From Parcubacteria group bacterium Gr01-1014_3 (lineage in GTDB: Bacteria; Patescibacteriota; Minisyncoccia; UBA6257; WO2-44-18), in contig VMGF01000001.1 of NCBI GenBank assembly GCA_007376445.1, forward strand, positions 114,875 to 178,874: 64,000 bases of DNA, written 5' to 3'. Shown piece by piece: positions 9,231-18,174 of this stretch. The notes under the pieces were generated by a model that was not told the DNA's origin, ran no database searches, and saw nothing but the letters and a program-made list of their open reading frames with translations. How positions within the stretch are numbered: position 1 is the stretch's first letter; each line of letters starts with the position of its first letter. Position numbers and translations under genes: made by a program.

Positions 9231-10233
9231 AGATTTTTTCGACTATCTTAAGCATTTCATAAGCATCCTTGCCGGAAACCGCCGGCTCACGATTTTCTTT
9301 GATGGCTGAAACGAATTCCGCGATCAATCTTTCTAAAGAAGTTTCTGATGTTTCCTTATCAAATACAACCACCTGCTCGGTCGGCGGGTTACGGAACTCC
9401 GGATCTCGCTTACCAATGATCAAACGCTCCGGACCAACATATCGATTGTCCAATCCTTCGATCGTAAGATAGCCGTCCGATCCCATGATCTCAAAAGAGT
9501 GCACCCATTTCCACTGTGTCCAGCTCACATGGATCGAAGCTACACGTCCATCTTGGGTTTTTAAAAGGGCGAAACCATTATCCTCCACTCCATTTTTCCA
9601 AAATAAAGTCGGTGTAAAACCAGTCACTTCCGGAAATTCTCCTAAGAATTGCCTGGATAGATCGATCATATGGCTTCCCTGATCCAGCAACTCGCCGCCA
9701 CCGCTCATTTCTTTATTGAATCTCCATTCGTTGGCATAGCCTGGGCGTCCACCAAAACCATATCTGGCGCGCACAAAAAGAATCTGCCCGATCTCGCCTT
9801 TGTCAACTAACTCTTTAGCCATTAAAAAAGCCGGATGATAACGATGATTGAATCCAATCATGTATTTCGCGCCAGTCTTCTCAGCCATCTTGATTGCCTG
9901 GGCAATCTCAACGCTACTAACACCTCCCGGCTTTTCGGAAAGAACATGCTTATTATTTTTCAAAGCCTCGATGGCAATTTCGGTTAAAAATTTATGCGGC
10001 GTAACAATAACTACCGCGTCCACATCCGCGCTCTTAACAACTTCACGCCAATCCAATTCGGCGCGACAGTCTTTTATCTCTTTGGCTAAGACTTCGGCTC
10101 TTGGCTTATCCTGATCGGAAATACAAACCAAAGAAACATTCGAAGAATGTTTAAGCGCGTGCGCCCATTTGGTGCCCATGCCACCGGCGCCAATTAGCGC
10201 GACCTTGATTGTGCCCGAATTGATCATTACCAC
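9214..10233 (-). CDS. Gfo/Idh/MocA family oxidoreductase, 339 aa
   Basis: KVALIGAGGMGTKWAHAL N-terminal Rossmann fold and the EKP motif (HVLSEKP). Confidence 0.85.
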   Translation of the reverse strand: MVMINSGTIKVALIGAGGMGTKWAHALKHSSNVSLVCISDQDKPRAEVLAKEIKDCRAELDWREVVKSADVDAVVIVTPHKFLTEIAIEALKNNKHVLSEKPGGVSSVEIAQAIKMAEKTGAKYMIGFNHRYHPAFLMAKELVDKGEIGQILFVRARYGFGGRPGYANEWRFNKEMSGGGELLDQGSHMIDLSRQFLGEFPEVTGFTPTLFWKNGVEDNGFALLKTQDGRVASIHVSWTQWKWVHSFEIMGSDGYLTIEGLDNRYVGPERLIIGKRDPEFRNPPTEQVVVFDKETSETSLERLIAEFVSAIKENREPAVSGKDAYEMLKIVEKIYAQNK

Positions 10234-10272
10234 GATACTATAACAGAAAAGTTAGTTTTTTCAATCTTACCG

Positions 10273-10341
10273 CCTCCCTTTTCGCTACACGCAAAAGGGA
10301 GGGGTGCTGCGCAAATAAAAAACCCCGAACATTGTTCGGGG
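10273..10341 (-). terminator. Rho-independent terminator (10323..10341 hairpin plus U-tract) and a second 10-bp-stem hairpin (10273..10302)
   Basis: ccccgaa-cattg-ttcgggg is followed on the minus strand by TTTTTTATTT. Upstream hairpin is cctccctttt-(10 nt loop)-aaaagggagg. Located 7 nt after the stop of the 10349..11278 gene. Confidence 0.6.
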
Positions 10342-10348
10342 GGGGTCT

Positions 10349-11278
10349 TTATATATTGTACTTCTTCTTCATTCTGGCGATGAATTCTTCCAGGGCATAT
10401 GGGCTTCCCTTAAATTTCAGTTCTGCCGCGGCCTTGGACATAAAGCCACACATCACATGCGGCTCCAAATAAGAAGCCTGGATTGATATTGTGGGTCCAC
10501 CAATCATCTCGGCAATTTCTGAAGTCGAATAATGCTTACCGGAGCTGATATTAAAAGCATCTCCAAGTAGTGGCGCCGCAATACGCATTGCTTGAAGATT
10601 CGCGACAACTACGTCGTCCACGCTAACAACCGATCGTTGCTGTTGGCCATCGCCAATGATAGTAAGTGGTTGGCTATGAATCCTGGCATACAAAAATCTT
10701 TCGACAACACCCGGGAAAGGAACCTTGCCGCTAACGGCCAACTCCGATCCAAAAACATTGTAATAGCGTAGCGAAACCGTATCCACTCCTTCATAGCTGG
10801 CAAATTGCCGACAAAGGACTTCACCAAAGTACTTGGTAGATCCATAGGCATTCATCGGTTTTGGCGAATCAGTCTCTGTCGCAATCGCCCTGTCGTTCTC
10901 TCCATACACTGACGCCGAAGCCGAATATACAACTCGCCCTACGCCATTCTTCTTAGCCGCCAGAAGTACGTTCATCGTACCCTTAACATTCACATCGATT
11001 GCCAAATCTGGGTTTTTAATGCAATCCGTAATCTTCGAATAAGCCGCGCAATGAAACACGCCATCAACTCCAGCGAAACAATCTTCTAACGCCTTTCTGT
11101 CACGAACGTCCGCGACCCAGAAATCAACGCGACTCTGATCGATCTTAGGCTCGTCAAGATAAGAACTGCGTGGATTTCCGACATAGCAAATCACCACCTC
11201 GTTATCCGGCTGCTCAAGAAGTTTTCTCACAATCGCGGAACCAATGAACCCAGCGCCGCCGGTGACCGCGTATCTCAT
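10349..11278 (-). CDS. NAD-dependent nucleotide-sugar epimerase/reductase (SDR family), 309 aa
   Basis: MRYAVTGGAGFIGSAIVRKLL N-terminus and YGSTK catalytic motif. Confidence 0.8.
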   Translation of the reverse strand: MRYAVTGGAGFIGSAIVRKLLEQPDNEVVICYVGNPRSSYLDEPKIDQSRVDFWVADVRDRKALEDCFAGVDGVFHCAAYSKITDCIKNPDLAIDVNVKGTMNVLLAAKKNGVGRVVYSASASVYGENDRAIATETDSPKPMNAYGSTKYFGEVLCRQFASYEGVDTVSLRYYNVFGSELAVSGKVPFPGVVERFLYARIHSQPLTIIGDGQQQRSVVSVDDVVVANLQAMRIAAPLLGDAFNISSGKHYSTSEIAEMIGGPTISIQASYLEPHVMCGFMSKAAAELKFKGSPYALEEFIARMKKKYNI

Positions 11279-11889
11279 CAGATGCCCTCCGAAATAAAGT
11301 TTGAGTAATAAGTACTGTCTTCGATCAACAGCGCGGCGAAGATGCCGGCCGCCGTTGCCAAATCCCGAATCGCTCCACTTCCAACCATTTGCAGAACCTC
11401 ATCTCGGGTACAAATCAAACACTCGACACCTTGAAGCTCATCTTGCTTGGCCTGATCGGTAAGCTGACAATCCAAAGCGACGTACAGTCGGCAAGGATTG
11501 TCGACTCGGTCAGAAAGCGGATAAAACTTATCGCCGATTTTCTTAATCGACAACGGAAGATAACCAACTTCTTCTTTCATTTCTCGAATGACCGAGAAGT
11601 ACCAGCCATCATCGCTAGGTTCGCGACTACCGGCCACGCCTTCGATCGTAACTCCCGCGACCGGCTTAAATTGCCTGGTCAAGATAAATCTTCCGTCCCG
11701 CAAACGAGGAATCACCATCACATACCCACCATTTTTTGCGGTAAGACGGAGAAAATTTTTCATCTCTTTGCCATTATCAAATTTCACGTCAACCAAATCT
11801 GCCGTCACCCACTTATCATCATGGATAACTTGCCGAACCGAAATCTCAGCGCTTTTGGCGATACCCAAGTATCCTCCTTTGGTTATCAA
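11278..11889 (-). CDS. NUDIX hydrolase, 203 aa
   Basis: Nudix box GVAGSREPSDDGWYFSVIREMKEEVGY (Gx5Ex7REUxEExGU). Confidence 0.75.
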   Translation of the reverse strand: MITKGGYLGIAKSAEISVRQVIHDDKWVTADLVDVKFDNGKEMKNFLRLTAKNGGYVMVIPRLRDGRFILTRQFKPVAGVTIEGVAGSREPSDDGWYFSVIREMKEEVGYLPLSIKKIGDKFYPLSDRVDNPCRLYVALDCQLTDQAKQDELQGVECLICTRDEVLQMVGSGAIRDLATAAGIFAALLIEDSTYYSNFISEGI

Positions 11890-11949
11890 GAAACCGCTAT
11901 TGTTATACCAGAAAAATGATTTTTTTTCAACTTTATAAAAAACCCGCCC

Positions 11950-13491
11950 TTAGGGGGCGGGGGTCGCGGGATTCGTAGAATCCCAACGATTTCCAATATT
12001 CTTCTTCAAGCGTTCAGCGACATAGGCCGGCGGGTTAACCGTTCGCCAGGCCCATTCACGGAGCTCAAGAACTCGCTCTGGTGAGATAACGGTATTTTTC
12101 AATACCGGCCGGTGCCAGTTCATCGTGTCCGGATCGAAATTCGGATCAAGATGACCTTTCTGAATCGCGTAATCGTACAGCTGACATCCCGGGAACGGAA
12201 TTGGAATAAAGAACGAACAGTACTTGGCGCCGGCATCCACCGCTCGCTTCGCGTACTCCACGCTCTTCATCAGTTCTTCCTCAGTCTCATCCGGAAATCC
12301 GATCATCATGTTCACGGGGCAAGTAATTCCAACCCGGGAAGCAATCCGAATCATCTCGATAATGTCCATTGTCGGAAGATGCAGTTTGCCGGTAGAGTAC
12401 TTATCCAGAATCCGCTGTGAGCCGGATTCAATCGGGAAAACAATCTGATCAAAACCGGCATCACACAAGAGACGAAGATAGTCCTCGTCGGTATCGAGTT
12501 TTCCGGTCAACTTATTGCGAACCAAGAAATGAACCAGATTCACGCCGTTCACGTCAGCGATGCGCAGCCCCGCGTTAAGAAGATAGGTGAAAATTTCTTT
12601 CACTCTCGCCTTCTTGGCAAGCAAGCTGTCGTCTTCAAAATAAATCTTTTGCACGCCGAGGCTCTTCAGGGTCTCGATCTCTTTGATCACCCTGGGCACC
12701 GACTTCACGCGCAAGTTGCCGATATCTTCCTTGAATTCACGCTCTTTCGAGATATGGCAGTAGGCGCACTTAAACGGGCAGCCACGCGAAGTCATAATCG
12801 GCGCGTACATCATCTTTTCTTCCAAGACCACATCGCCATGTGGTGAAAGGATCTTGGCGTACTTTTTCAGCGGCGACTTATGCCAAGCCGGAATCGGGAG
12901 TTCATCCAGATCCATGCTGGTATCGCCAGACTGGACGGGATTGCCCATCACTCGGCCGTTGTGCATAAACAAAGTCCCACTGACATCATCGATCGATTCG
13001 CCCTTTGCCCACTTCTCGATCAAGCGGACGATGATCTTTTCGCCTTCGGTCGTACAAATAACATCAACGAGCCCGTTGCTCAAAAATCGCTCGGGCATGT
13101 TGCGCGCGTTCACCCCGCCGCTGATGACCAGCATTTCGGGATTCACTTCCTTAGCGATCTTGGCGACCAGGAGCGCCATTCGCGTCTGGGGCGTAAAATT
13201 CGAGTGCACTCCGACGACATTGTAGCCACCCTTAGCGATCACCTCGCGAATCCGTTCGTCCGGCATACCGATGCGGATCAGTCCGTTCTGTTGCGGAATA
13301 CCTTTGTAAAAAGTGTCTTCGAGCGTGTCCTGATCAGTACCAACCGACGCATCCAGGATATCTGCTTCAATACCGGCTCGCTCTAACGCGGCGGCCAGAT
13401 ACAAAGGACCAAGCGATCCATCGGGACGAGCTGTCTCGGTCGGATTCAGCTGATTTGGCGGATAAATGAGCAGAACTTTCGGTGTTTTCAC
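11950..13491 (-). CDS. B12-binding (cobalamin-dependent) radical SAM enzyme, class B, 513 aa
   Basis: N-terminal B12-binding-like domain (VLLIYPP...GPLYLAAALERAGIEADILDA) followed by the radical SAM CxxxCxxC motif (TSRGCPFKCAYCH). Confidence 0.8.
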   Translation of the reverse strand: MKTPKVLLIYPPNQLNPTETARPDGSLGPLYLAAALERAGIEADILDASVGTDQDTLEDTFYKGIPQQNGLIRIGMPDERIREVIAKGGYNVVGVHSNFTPQTRMALLVAKIAKEVNPEMLVISGGVNARNMPERFLSNGLVDVICTTEGEKIIVRLIEKWAKGESIDDVSGTLFMHNGRVMGNPVQSGDTSMDLDELPIPAWHKSPLKKYAKILSPHGDVVLEEKMMYAPIMTSRGCPFKCAYCHISKEREFKEDIGNLRVKSVPRVIKEIETLKSLGVQKIYFEDDSLLAKKARVKEIFTYLLNAGLRIADVNGVNLVHFLVRNKLTGKLDTDEDYLRLLCDAGFDQIVFPIESGSQRILDKYSTGKLHLPTMDIIEMIRIASRVGITCPVNMMIGFPDETEEELMKSVEYAKRAVDAGAKYCSFFIPIPFPGCQLYDYAIQKGHLDPNFDPDTMNWHRPVLKNTVISPERVLELREWAWRTVNPPAYVAERLKKNIGNRWDSTNPATPAP

Positions 13492-13553
13492 TTGCTACCT
13501 CGTGTTTATTGTAAAAGAAACCACCAATACTATATAAAAAAAGACTGCTTATG

Positions 13554-14555
13554 TCAAAGCAGTCTTTGGAAGTCTGGTTCCGTGGCGACAGTTCCCTGAT
13601 AATCGATTTCGAGCGGAATTCTCGGCCAACCCCCCATCGCCATAGCCTCAGTGACATTCCGAATTGATTCATCATCAGGGCAATAGAAGAGGAAGTAACC
13701 ACCTCCACCGGCGCCGATATTCTTTCCGCCTAAAGCCCCGTTGGCCTTAGCGATTTCATACATCAGATCAAATTTTTCGTTCGAAATCTTATTGGACATC
13801 TGCTTCTTCAGTCGCCAGTGTTCGTCCATCAACTTTCCAAAGGCATCCATATCTCCAGCATTAAATGCCTGCAAGATTGCCCTGCCAATCTCCTTGGTCA
13901 TTTCTTTCAGATCGTAAGCCTTATTATTATCCTGATCGGCCAAAATTTTCTGGCTTGGACCTTCTCGCTTTTCACCGGTGAAGAAAAATAAGGTGTGCTT
14001 CAGAAATTTATTTACCGTGTTCTCTGAAAAGTTTGGCCTGGAAACATCAACCGTTCCGTCCTTCTTTATATAAAGAACTGTAAAGCCACCACTTGCCGCA
14101 AGATAAGGATCCTGCTTGCCATCATGCGCCCAGAGACCACCAAGCCGCTGAGTTATCTCAAACGCTTTCTCGGCCAGAAACGATGTATCCTTGCATTCAC
14201 CCTTAAGGGTGTAAAGGCCGTTTAACAATCCAACCGCGCAAGCTCCCGAAGAACCGAGACCGGTCCCAGCAGGAGAATCGGCGTTGAAAGTAACGCTGAT
14301 AGATTTATCGATACCCACAATCCTCAAAGCTTCACGACCAATATCGTGCTTCAGCTGATCAACCGAATCAACCAGTTCCTGAATACGATAATTAAACTGA
14401 ATCCGGCCATCCATGCGAAGCGGCTTGATCATGATGTGCATGTAGCACTTGATCGCCACGCCAAAAATGAATCCGCCGTACTTTTCGTAATAAGAAGGGA
14501 TGTCAGTCGAACCGCCGCCAAGTGAGATTCGGAACGGGGTCTGGGTAAGTATCAC
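13554..14555 (-). CDS. GHMP sugar kinase, D-glycero-D-manno-heptose-7-phosphate kinase (HddA)-like, 333 aa
   Basis: N-terminal TPFRISLGGGSTD motif and C-terminal GAGGGGYFLFYC glycine-rich motif, typical of the HddA/GHMP family. Confidence 0.75.
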   Translation of the reverse strand: MILTQTPFRISLGGGSTDIPSYYEKYGGFIFGVAIKCYMHIMIKPLRMDGRIQFNYRIQELVDSVDQLKHDIGREALRIVGIDKSISVTFNADSPAGTGLGSSGACAVGLLNGLYTLKGECKDTSFLAEKAFEITQRLGGLWAHDGKQDPYLAASGGFTVLYIKKDGTVDVSRPNFSENTVNKFLKHTLFFFTGEKREGPSQKILADQDNNKAYDLKEMTKEIGRAILQAFNAGDMDAFGKLMDEHWRLKKQMSNKISNEKFDLMYEIAKANGALGGKNIGAGGGGYFLFYCPDDESIRNVTEAMAMGGWPRIPLEIDYQGTVATEPDFQRLL

Positions 14556-14610
14556 CTTATCACCTCCTGGGGTTTTTATGTGTGAAAAAACTACCTAGAT
14601 AATAGATGAA

Positions 14611-15405
14611 TTATTTCTTTTTGGCAATCAAGTAAAAACCAGCAGTAATGGTCTCGGCGGACTGGTAATGAATAAAAAGATAATCTAATACTTTCAATGG
14701 CGATGTAAGAATTACCATACTGATCCACAAAAAATCTTTCATTGTTTTGTTATTGAATGAAAGGGCGAGCGCCACCCACTCCTGAAATACGGAGAGTAAG
14801 GCGCAGGTTGGCCCAACATCTGGTCCAATTTCCACCATTTCAAAATCTTTGAAAAGCGTCCGCAAACCATCCGCTGTCCAGCGATAATGGTCCTTTGGGG
14901 ATGGGTGATATGGAGTAATAAAGTTAGTGGTTAAGTATAAATACCCGCCGGGCTTTAAGGCTCGGTTAATTTCAGCGGCAACTTTTACTGGGTCGTGCAT
15001 GTGTTCTAATACCCACGAAAGCACAATGCCGTCAACCGAATTTTCGGCAAAAGGAAGGTCGTGCGCATCGGCCAAAATATCCACCATTGACCATGGATGA
15101 ATATCCACATTCACGATCTCCGGATGAATCCGCCGATTGCCGGAACCAATTTCCACCACCAGGCCATTCTTTGGGGTTAGAGAAAAGATGTGCTTGGGTT
15201 GCTTGCCCAGGAAGAGCGCTGGCGCGATGAAATAAAAAATAAAACTATAAAGCCAAGGAATCTTTTTTAGATTAGTTTTTAACTTATTAATAAAACCGGT
15301 ATGTAAATCGGAACGCATTGCTTCATACCCGGAATCGGGAATAAAAAGAGGCCTGCCATCAATATGACGAATGGGTTGTTTCTTAAATTTTACTCGATTA
15401 TCCAT
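14611..15405 (-). CDS. Class I SAM-dependent methyltransferase with C-terminal membrane helices, paralog A (264 aa)
   Basis: VVEIGSGNRR (motif I) ... LKPGGYLYLTT, plus a C-terminal hydrophobic tail. About 50% identical to 27972..28775. Confidence 0.75.
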   Translation of the reverse strand: MDNRVKFKKQPIRHIDGRPLFIPDSGYEAMRSDLHTGFINKLKTNLKKIPWLYSFIFYFIAPALFLGKQPKHIFSLTPKNGLVVEIGSGNRRIHPEIVNVDIHPWSMVDILADAHDLPFAENSVDGIVLSWVLEHMHDPVKVAAEINRALKPGGYLYLTTNFITPYHPSPKDHYRWTADGLRTLFKDFEMVEIGPDVGPTCALLSVFQEWVALALSFNNKTMKDFLWISMVILTSPLKVLDYLFIHYQSAETITAGFYLIAKKK

Positions 15406-15418
15406 AGCGGGTTATATT

Positions 15419-17266
15419 CTAATGCTTTATTTTATATATTTCTACCGCCTCGTTTCTGTATACTAATTCTAAGTTATTTTCCCGGTGTAGGTCTGCTCGG
15501 CCAAACTGACGCTCCCAGGGTCCATAAAAAGCGTAATCAGCCTCAATATTTTTCCAATCTAGCACAATTTTCTTATAACGGTCCATCAATTCTTTGATTT
15601 TCCATTCTGGCATACCCCGCTTACCGAGATTTTCCGGATCCACAAAAGAAAGTTGATAAAGATACAGCTTGGCGTCCACGATATTGCTCAGACCATATGT
15701 TGTCCCGCAGCTCTCGATGCATGTAATACCATGCCCGGACCTCAAGCGCTTCTCGATTATGCCGGAAGGAATCTTAAATAAAGCGTTCGCGGTAAGGAAT
15801 CTCTCTTCAATTTCATGATTCGATTCAACCGTTACGCCTCCCCATGGTAGAAATGGGCGACCAGCAGTGAAAGCCGCGGTGTAGATCGAGGTTAAAAGCG
15901 ATGGCGAAATAATCCTTGGTTCACCGGGAATATTATTTTCAATCCATTTCCAGGAAGTCAGAATCGATTCGGGAAGCATGTGTTCTTCAATGACCTTAGT
16001 AGAAGGATTGATAAATCTAGTAATGTTGTTTACTTTTTTGACGATTAAGCTGGCCATAAGAGCCATGAAGATCAAAAAGACTATTTTTGCCGGTTTTTGT
16101 CCTATGAATTCAATCCTTCTGATCCCTTCTCGTACAAGATGCATCAAAATTACAAAAAGTGGCGGATTAATTGCCCTCGGCCAATGGTCAGAGTGTGGCA
16201 CATAGCCAATCACTAGCTGGATATTCCAAATCACAAAGGCGGCCGCTAGGATGCTCCAGTATAAAACCGCCCAGTCTCGCTGCTTCAGTATTCGCCAAAA
16301 AACTATGAAAATTAACGCGGCAACCATGGCATACACAAGATAATGAGGCCAAACATTCCAGCGAAAAAATCTACCGAATTCAAGACCAAGCCGATTAATC
16401 AGGTCCTGGCCAGAAGCCAAATGAGAAACTCTAAAATAATTAATAAAGTATGGAATGCTCGTAAAAAGCATTGATCCTAATAACGCCGCATAACTCTTAA
16501 CGCGATTTTTATCACCATGAAAAAAGAAAAGAGTTGCCGTAAAACCAATGCCTAAAACTACCGCCCAAAAAACCCAGATATGGAAATAAGTGTAAAAAAG
16601 CAGTCCTGCGACAACGCCTGATACAATTCCCAATTTTAAACTTGGGCTTTTCCAAAACCAAAAAAATAAAGCAATTGCGGGTAAGTAAACTAGGTGAGTA
16701 AGTAATGGCTGATCGATTCGCGCGTAAAAAAGCAGAGATAAAGCGGTCTGAACTCCAGGATAAAAATTTTTTAATACAATATTGGCAAAATCGCCAAATC
16801 CAAAAAATGCTTCTGTCATTACTAACGACATTGGCGTTAAAATTCCGATCAGACCTAAGATGATGGCCCAGAAATTGTCTTTTTGAAAAATTATTCGCCC
16901 AATAGAGTAAAAAGCTAAAAAAAGAATGGCGGGCAGAAAAAAGCTGGCAAATAAATACGCCGTATTCACATCGCCCACTAGAGCGATAAAGATTCCTAAA
17001 ATAAGCGGAGGTAATGGCGGATAAATGTTCGGCAAAATGTGGCTAAAAAAAAGATCCCCAGGCGGAAAATGACCGTCGGCTACCTCACGAGCAAATTGGA
17101 TGTAAGCGTCTCCCCCGTCATGAAGATTGGTAAGTTGGGAGAGGATAAATGTCCGGCCACTGTTTTCTACCGCCCTTTTTATAAACAACTGGGGCGCGAC
17201 ATATAAAATACCGACAGCGATCGCGAGCAATCCTACGACGACAACCTGCCGATTAAACCGGCTCAT
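15419..17266 (-). CDS. GT-C fold polyprenyl-phosphate-sugar-dependent glycosyltransferase (ArnT/PMT-like), 615 aa polytopic membrane protein
   Basis: First extracytoplasmic loop carries DGGDAYIQFAREVADG, matching the GT-C/PMT DExxYxxxAREM motif. At least 12 predicted TM helices plus a C-terminal soluble domain. Start codon overlaps the stop of the GtrB-like GT2. Confidence 0.6.
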   Translation of the reverse strand: MSRFNRQVVVVGLLAIAVGILYVAPQLFIKRAVENSGRTFILSQLTNLHDGGDAYIQFAREVADGHFPPGDLFFSHILPNIYPPLPPLILGIFIALVGDVNTAYLFASFFLPAILFLAFYSIGRIIFQKDNFWAIILGLIGILTPMSLVMTEAFFGFGDFANIVLKNFYPGVQTALSLLFYARIDQPLLTHLVYLPAIALFFWFWKSPSLKLGIVSGVVAGLLFYTYFHIWVFWAVVLGIGFTATLFFFHGDKNRVKSYAALLGSMLFTSIPYFINYFRVSHLASGQDLINRLGLEFGRFFRWNVWPHYLVYAMVAALIFIVFWRILKQRDWAVLYWSILAAAFVIWNIQLVIGYVPHSDHWPRAINPPLFVILMHLVREGIRRIEFIGQKPAKIVFLIFMALMASLIVKKVNNITRFINPSTKVIEEHMLPESILTSWKWIENNIPGEPRIISPSLLTSIYTAAFTAGRPFLPWGGVTVESNHEIEERFLTANALFKIPSGIIEKRLRSGHGITCIESCGTTYGLSNIVDAKLYLYQLSFVDPENLGKRGMPEWKIKELMDRYKKIVLDWKNIEADYAFYGPWERQFGRADLHRENNLELVYRNEAVEIYKIKH

Positions 17267-18171
17267 CTCTCAATAATTTCTTTAATAAAATAAGGATGGG
17301 CTCGCTCTGTCTCAAAATAAATTCGCCACAGTAATTCAGCTAACAAGCCCAGCATGAACATTAAAAATCCGACAATGGCGAACATCGTGGCCATGATCGG
17401 AAGCGGGGGTTGTCCGAAGAAAACCGCCAAAACTACTGACCAAGCCGTGGCCACGCCGGCAATACCCCAGGCAAGCAAACCCAAAACGCTGAAAAATACC
17501 ATCGGGCGAGTATTCGGGTGTAAAAAGCGCACTACTAATAAATCGGCGATTGCCTTAACACCGGCCGTGAAATGATGCTTGGACATACCAGACTTTCGTT
17601 CATGATGAGTAACCTCGACTTCTGTTACCTTCGCGCCGCGAAAAAAAAGTGATACCGCTAAAAATACATGCTGGACTCCGAATAAATTCATTCCTTCTAA
17701 AAACTTACGCCGGTATGCTTTTAACGCGCAGGCATGGTCATGTAATGGCAATCCGCTGATTGTCCGAGTCAGCCAATTAGCCAACCGGGAATGGATTTTT
17801 CGGCCAAGACTGTCATGCCGATCCTTACGCCAACCGGACACCACGTCATAACCCTCTTTCATTTTCGCCAATAATTTTGGAATATCCCGAGGATCATTCT
17901 GCATATCTCCATCCATAATGACGACGATATCTCCTTTCGCGGCTTTGAGACCGGCGTCTAAGGCCAAGGTTTGACCGAAATTCTTCGGAAACACTATGAT
18001 CTTTATCGGGGACAAAGACTTTAAAATATCGAGCGTGCCGTCTTCAGATCCATTATCAACCACAATAATCTCGTATGGTTCGCCGATTTTATCTAAAGTC
18101 TCCTTATTCAAACGATGCAACTCTTTTACGTTGCCCGCCTCATTATATGTGGGAAAAACAACAGAAATCAT
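17263..18171 (-). CDS. GT2 polyprenol-phosphate glycosyltransferase (GtrB/ArnC/DPM1-like) with two C-terminal TM helices, 302 aa
   Basis: ISVVFPTYNEAGNV...IIVVDNGSEDGT...DGDMQNDP (DxD), and a C-terminal membrane-anchor pair. Confidence 0.85.
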   Translation of the reverse strand: MISVVFPTYNEAGNVKELHRLNKETLDKIGEPYEIIVVDNGSEDGTLDILKSLSPIKIIVFPKNFGQTLALDAGLKAAKGDIVVIMDGDMQNDPRDIPKLLAKMKEGYDVVSGWRKDRHDSLGRKIHSRLANWLTRTISGLPLHDHACALKAYRRKFLEGMNLFGVQHVFLAVSLFFRGAKVTEVEVTHHERKSGMSKHHFTAGVKAIADLLVVRFLHPNTRPMVFFSVLGLLAWGIAGVATAWSVVLAVFFGQPPLPIMATMFAIVGFLMFMLGLLAELLWRIYFETERAHPYFIKEIIER

Positions 18172-18174
18172 ACT

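Noticed and set aside
10273-10302. AAAAGGGAGG in the hairpin read as a Shine-Dalgarno for a plus-strand gene
   Set aside because: No plus-strand ORF follows it. It forms the 3' arm of a 10-bp-stem hairpin downstream of a minus-strand gene, so it is more likely part of a tandem terminator structure.
11389-13386. Multiple 100-176-aa plus-strand ORFs (11389..11919, 11588..11938, 12112..12420, 12529..12846, 12854..13225, 12880..13386)
   Set aside because: All are antisense to the Nudix and B12-radical SAM genes, whose motifs are unambiguous on the minus strand.
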